DNA of 50,236 nucleotides from Octopus bimaculoides (taxonomy: Eukaryota): contig NC_068990.1 in the NCBI RefSeq assembly GCF_001194135.2, forward strand, positions 29,176,785 to 29,227,020. Direction: 5' to 3'. The notes under the pieces were generated by a model that saw only the letters and a list, made by a program, of their open reading frames with translations, was not told the DNA's origin and made no database searches. Positions 49,003-50,236 of this stretch are shown piece after piece. Positions within the stretch are counted from its first letter, which is position 1; each line of letters opens with the position of its first letter. The position numbers were made by a program, and so were the translations under genes.

Positions 49003-50188
49003 CCATAGACGATGCTTCAGCTCAAACAAGCTTTACATATCTTTATCTCCACTCACACAAGCTCCAGTTTTCACAATCTTTCCCAAAGCAAAAACAAAAT
49101 ATACAACCTCTTCGACTTAACGTAACGATACCGCCATTTTACTTCACTCCGTATATCTCATCCTCAACTCGAACAAATTCCACCTATCTTTACTTCCTCT
49201 CAAATTAATTCTATATCTCTCTACTTCATCTTAAAACACTTCTCCTACTGCTACTCGCCTCGATTTTACCTACTCTTACCACAACCTTAACCCAACGAAT
49301 CTCAAAAGACCTCTAACTCCACTGAAACTTCAAGTTCAACAACCGCTGCTCAAATAATCTCCCTAAGTGACTAAAACGTGTCAACATAAGGGTATCCAGG
49401 AGTCATGATGTGGATGCGGCCCGGCTCCCTTAAAAATGTAAGACGTTAAGGACCGAAACACTTTCCTGGGGTAGGGTTTCTTCTCTGAAGACCTTCTGCT
49501 TTCAGCTCTGTTGAAGGTTTCCTTCCACTTCTTCGGTATACCTACACGTAGAACAACCTCGACTCAACGAACTTCAAACAAACCCTAGCTTCACTCAAAT
49601 TCCATATAGCACTACTCACACTCAGACAACCTCAATATATCGCTAAAACTCCACCCAACTTTTATATACTAAACCTCCGCCATTAATTCCCTATAAAATT
49701 GCTTCCATTCTCACAAACCTTACACAGCACAATCGCTACTCGAACCAACGTCCTATACAGTATCACGATTGCCTCCAGCACCCCAGCACCCCAGCACCCC
49801 GACGCCACCGTCGCTGACACTACCGCCGTCGTCATCACCACTTCAATTACCACTATCTCAACGCAGACGCAATTTCTCTGAAAAGAAATATTAGTCAGAA
49901 AAGTTTATAGAAAACTAATTAGGCTTGATACCTACTTTTTCAGTGATTAATTCTCAACTATCTTTATTGAGTGGAAATATCTATAAGAATAGAGATAAAA
50001 ACCTTTGTTCATGTGTTCTTATGTGGGTGTGTGTATATATATATATATATATAGATAGAGATATATGGACGTATAAATCTATTTCGGTGTGATTATATAC
50101 GAGGAAGAACGCGTATTCGATGAGATTTTTTTTTCCATAAATCGTTGACGTAAATTATGTACGTATATATATATATAAATATTTATAC

Positions 50189-50236
<48 letters not shown>

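Overview
This is a repeat-dominated, AT-rich animal genomic window with no recognisable intact host gene. The SINE families and the very high density of AT/AC/AAT/ATC/AAG/ATAC/AGAT microsatellites suggest an octopus (coleoid cephalopod); this is inference. It comes from a gapped scaffold with 11 N-runs, most of them at microsatellites. Contents: (1) more than 30 copies or fragments of several tRNA-derived SINE families; (2) five fragments from about four lineages of restriction-like-endonuclease (R4/Dong-type) non-LTR retrotransposons, mostly embedded in (AAT)n arrays; (3) a ~560-bp non-coding element found three times, always in (AAT)n; (4) decayed Tc1/mariner transposons, including a fold-back mariner derivative; (5) four minimal hammerhead-ribozyme motifs with palindromic helix III, linked to long inverted repeats, the signature of Penelope-like retroelements. 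The most interesting signals are the hammerhead/palindrome elements at 9.7-12.9 kb and 28 kb, and the (AAT)n-targeted LINE plus candidate non-autonomous partner at 20.9-22.3 kb and 44-48 kb. Nearly all long ORFs in the supplied track are microsatellite or N artefacts. All alignments were done by eye, so boundaries are approximate unless a TSD or TIR is quoted.
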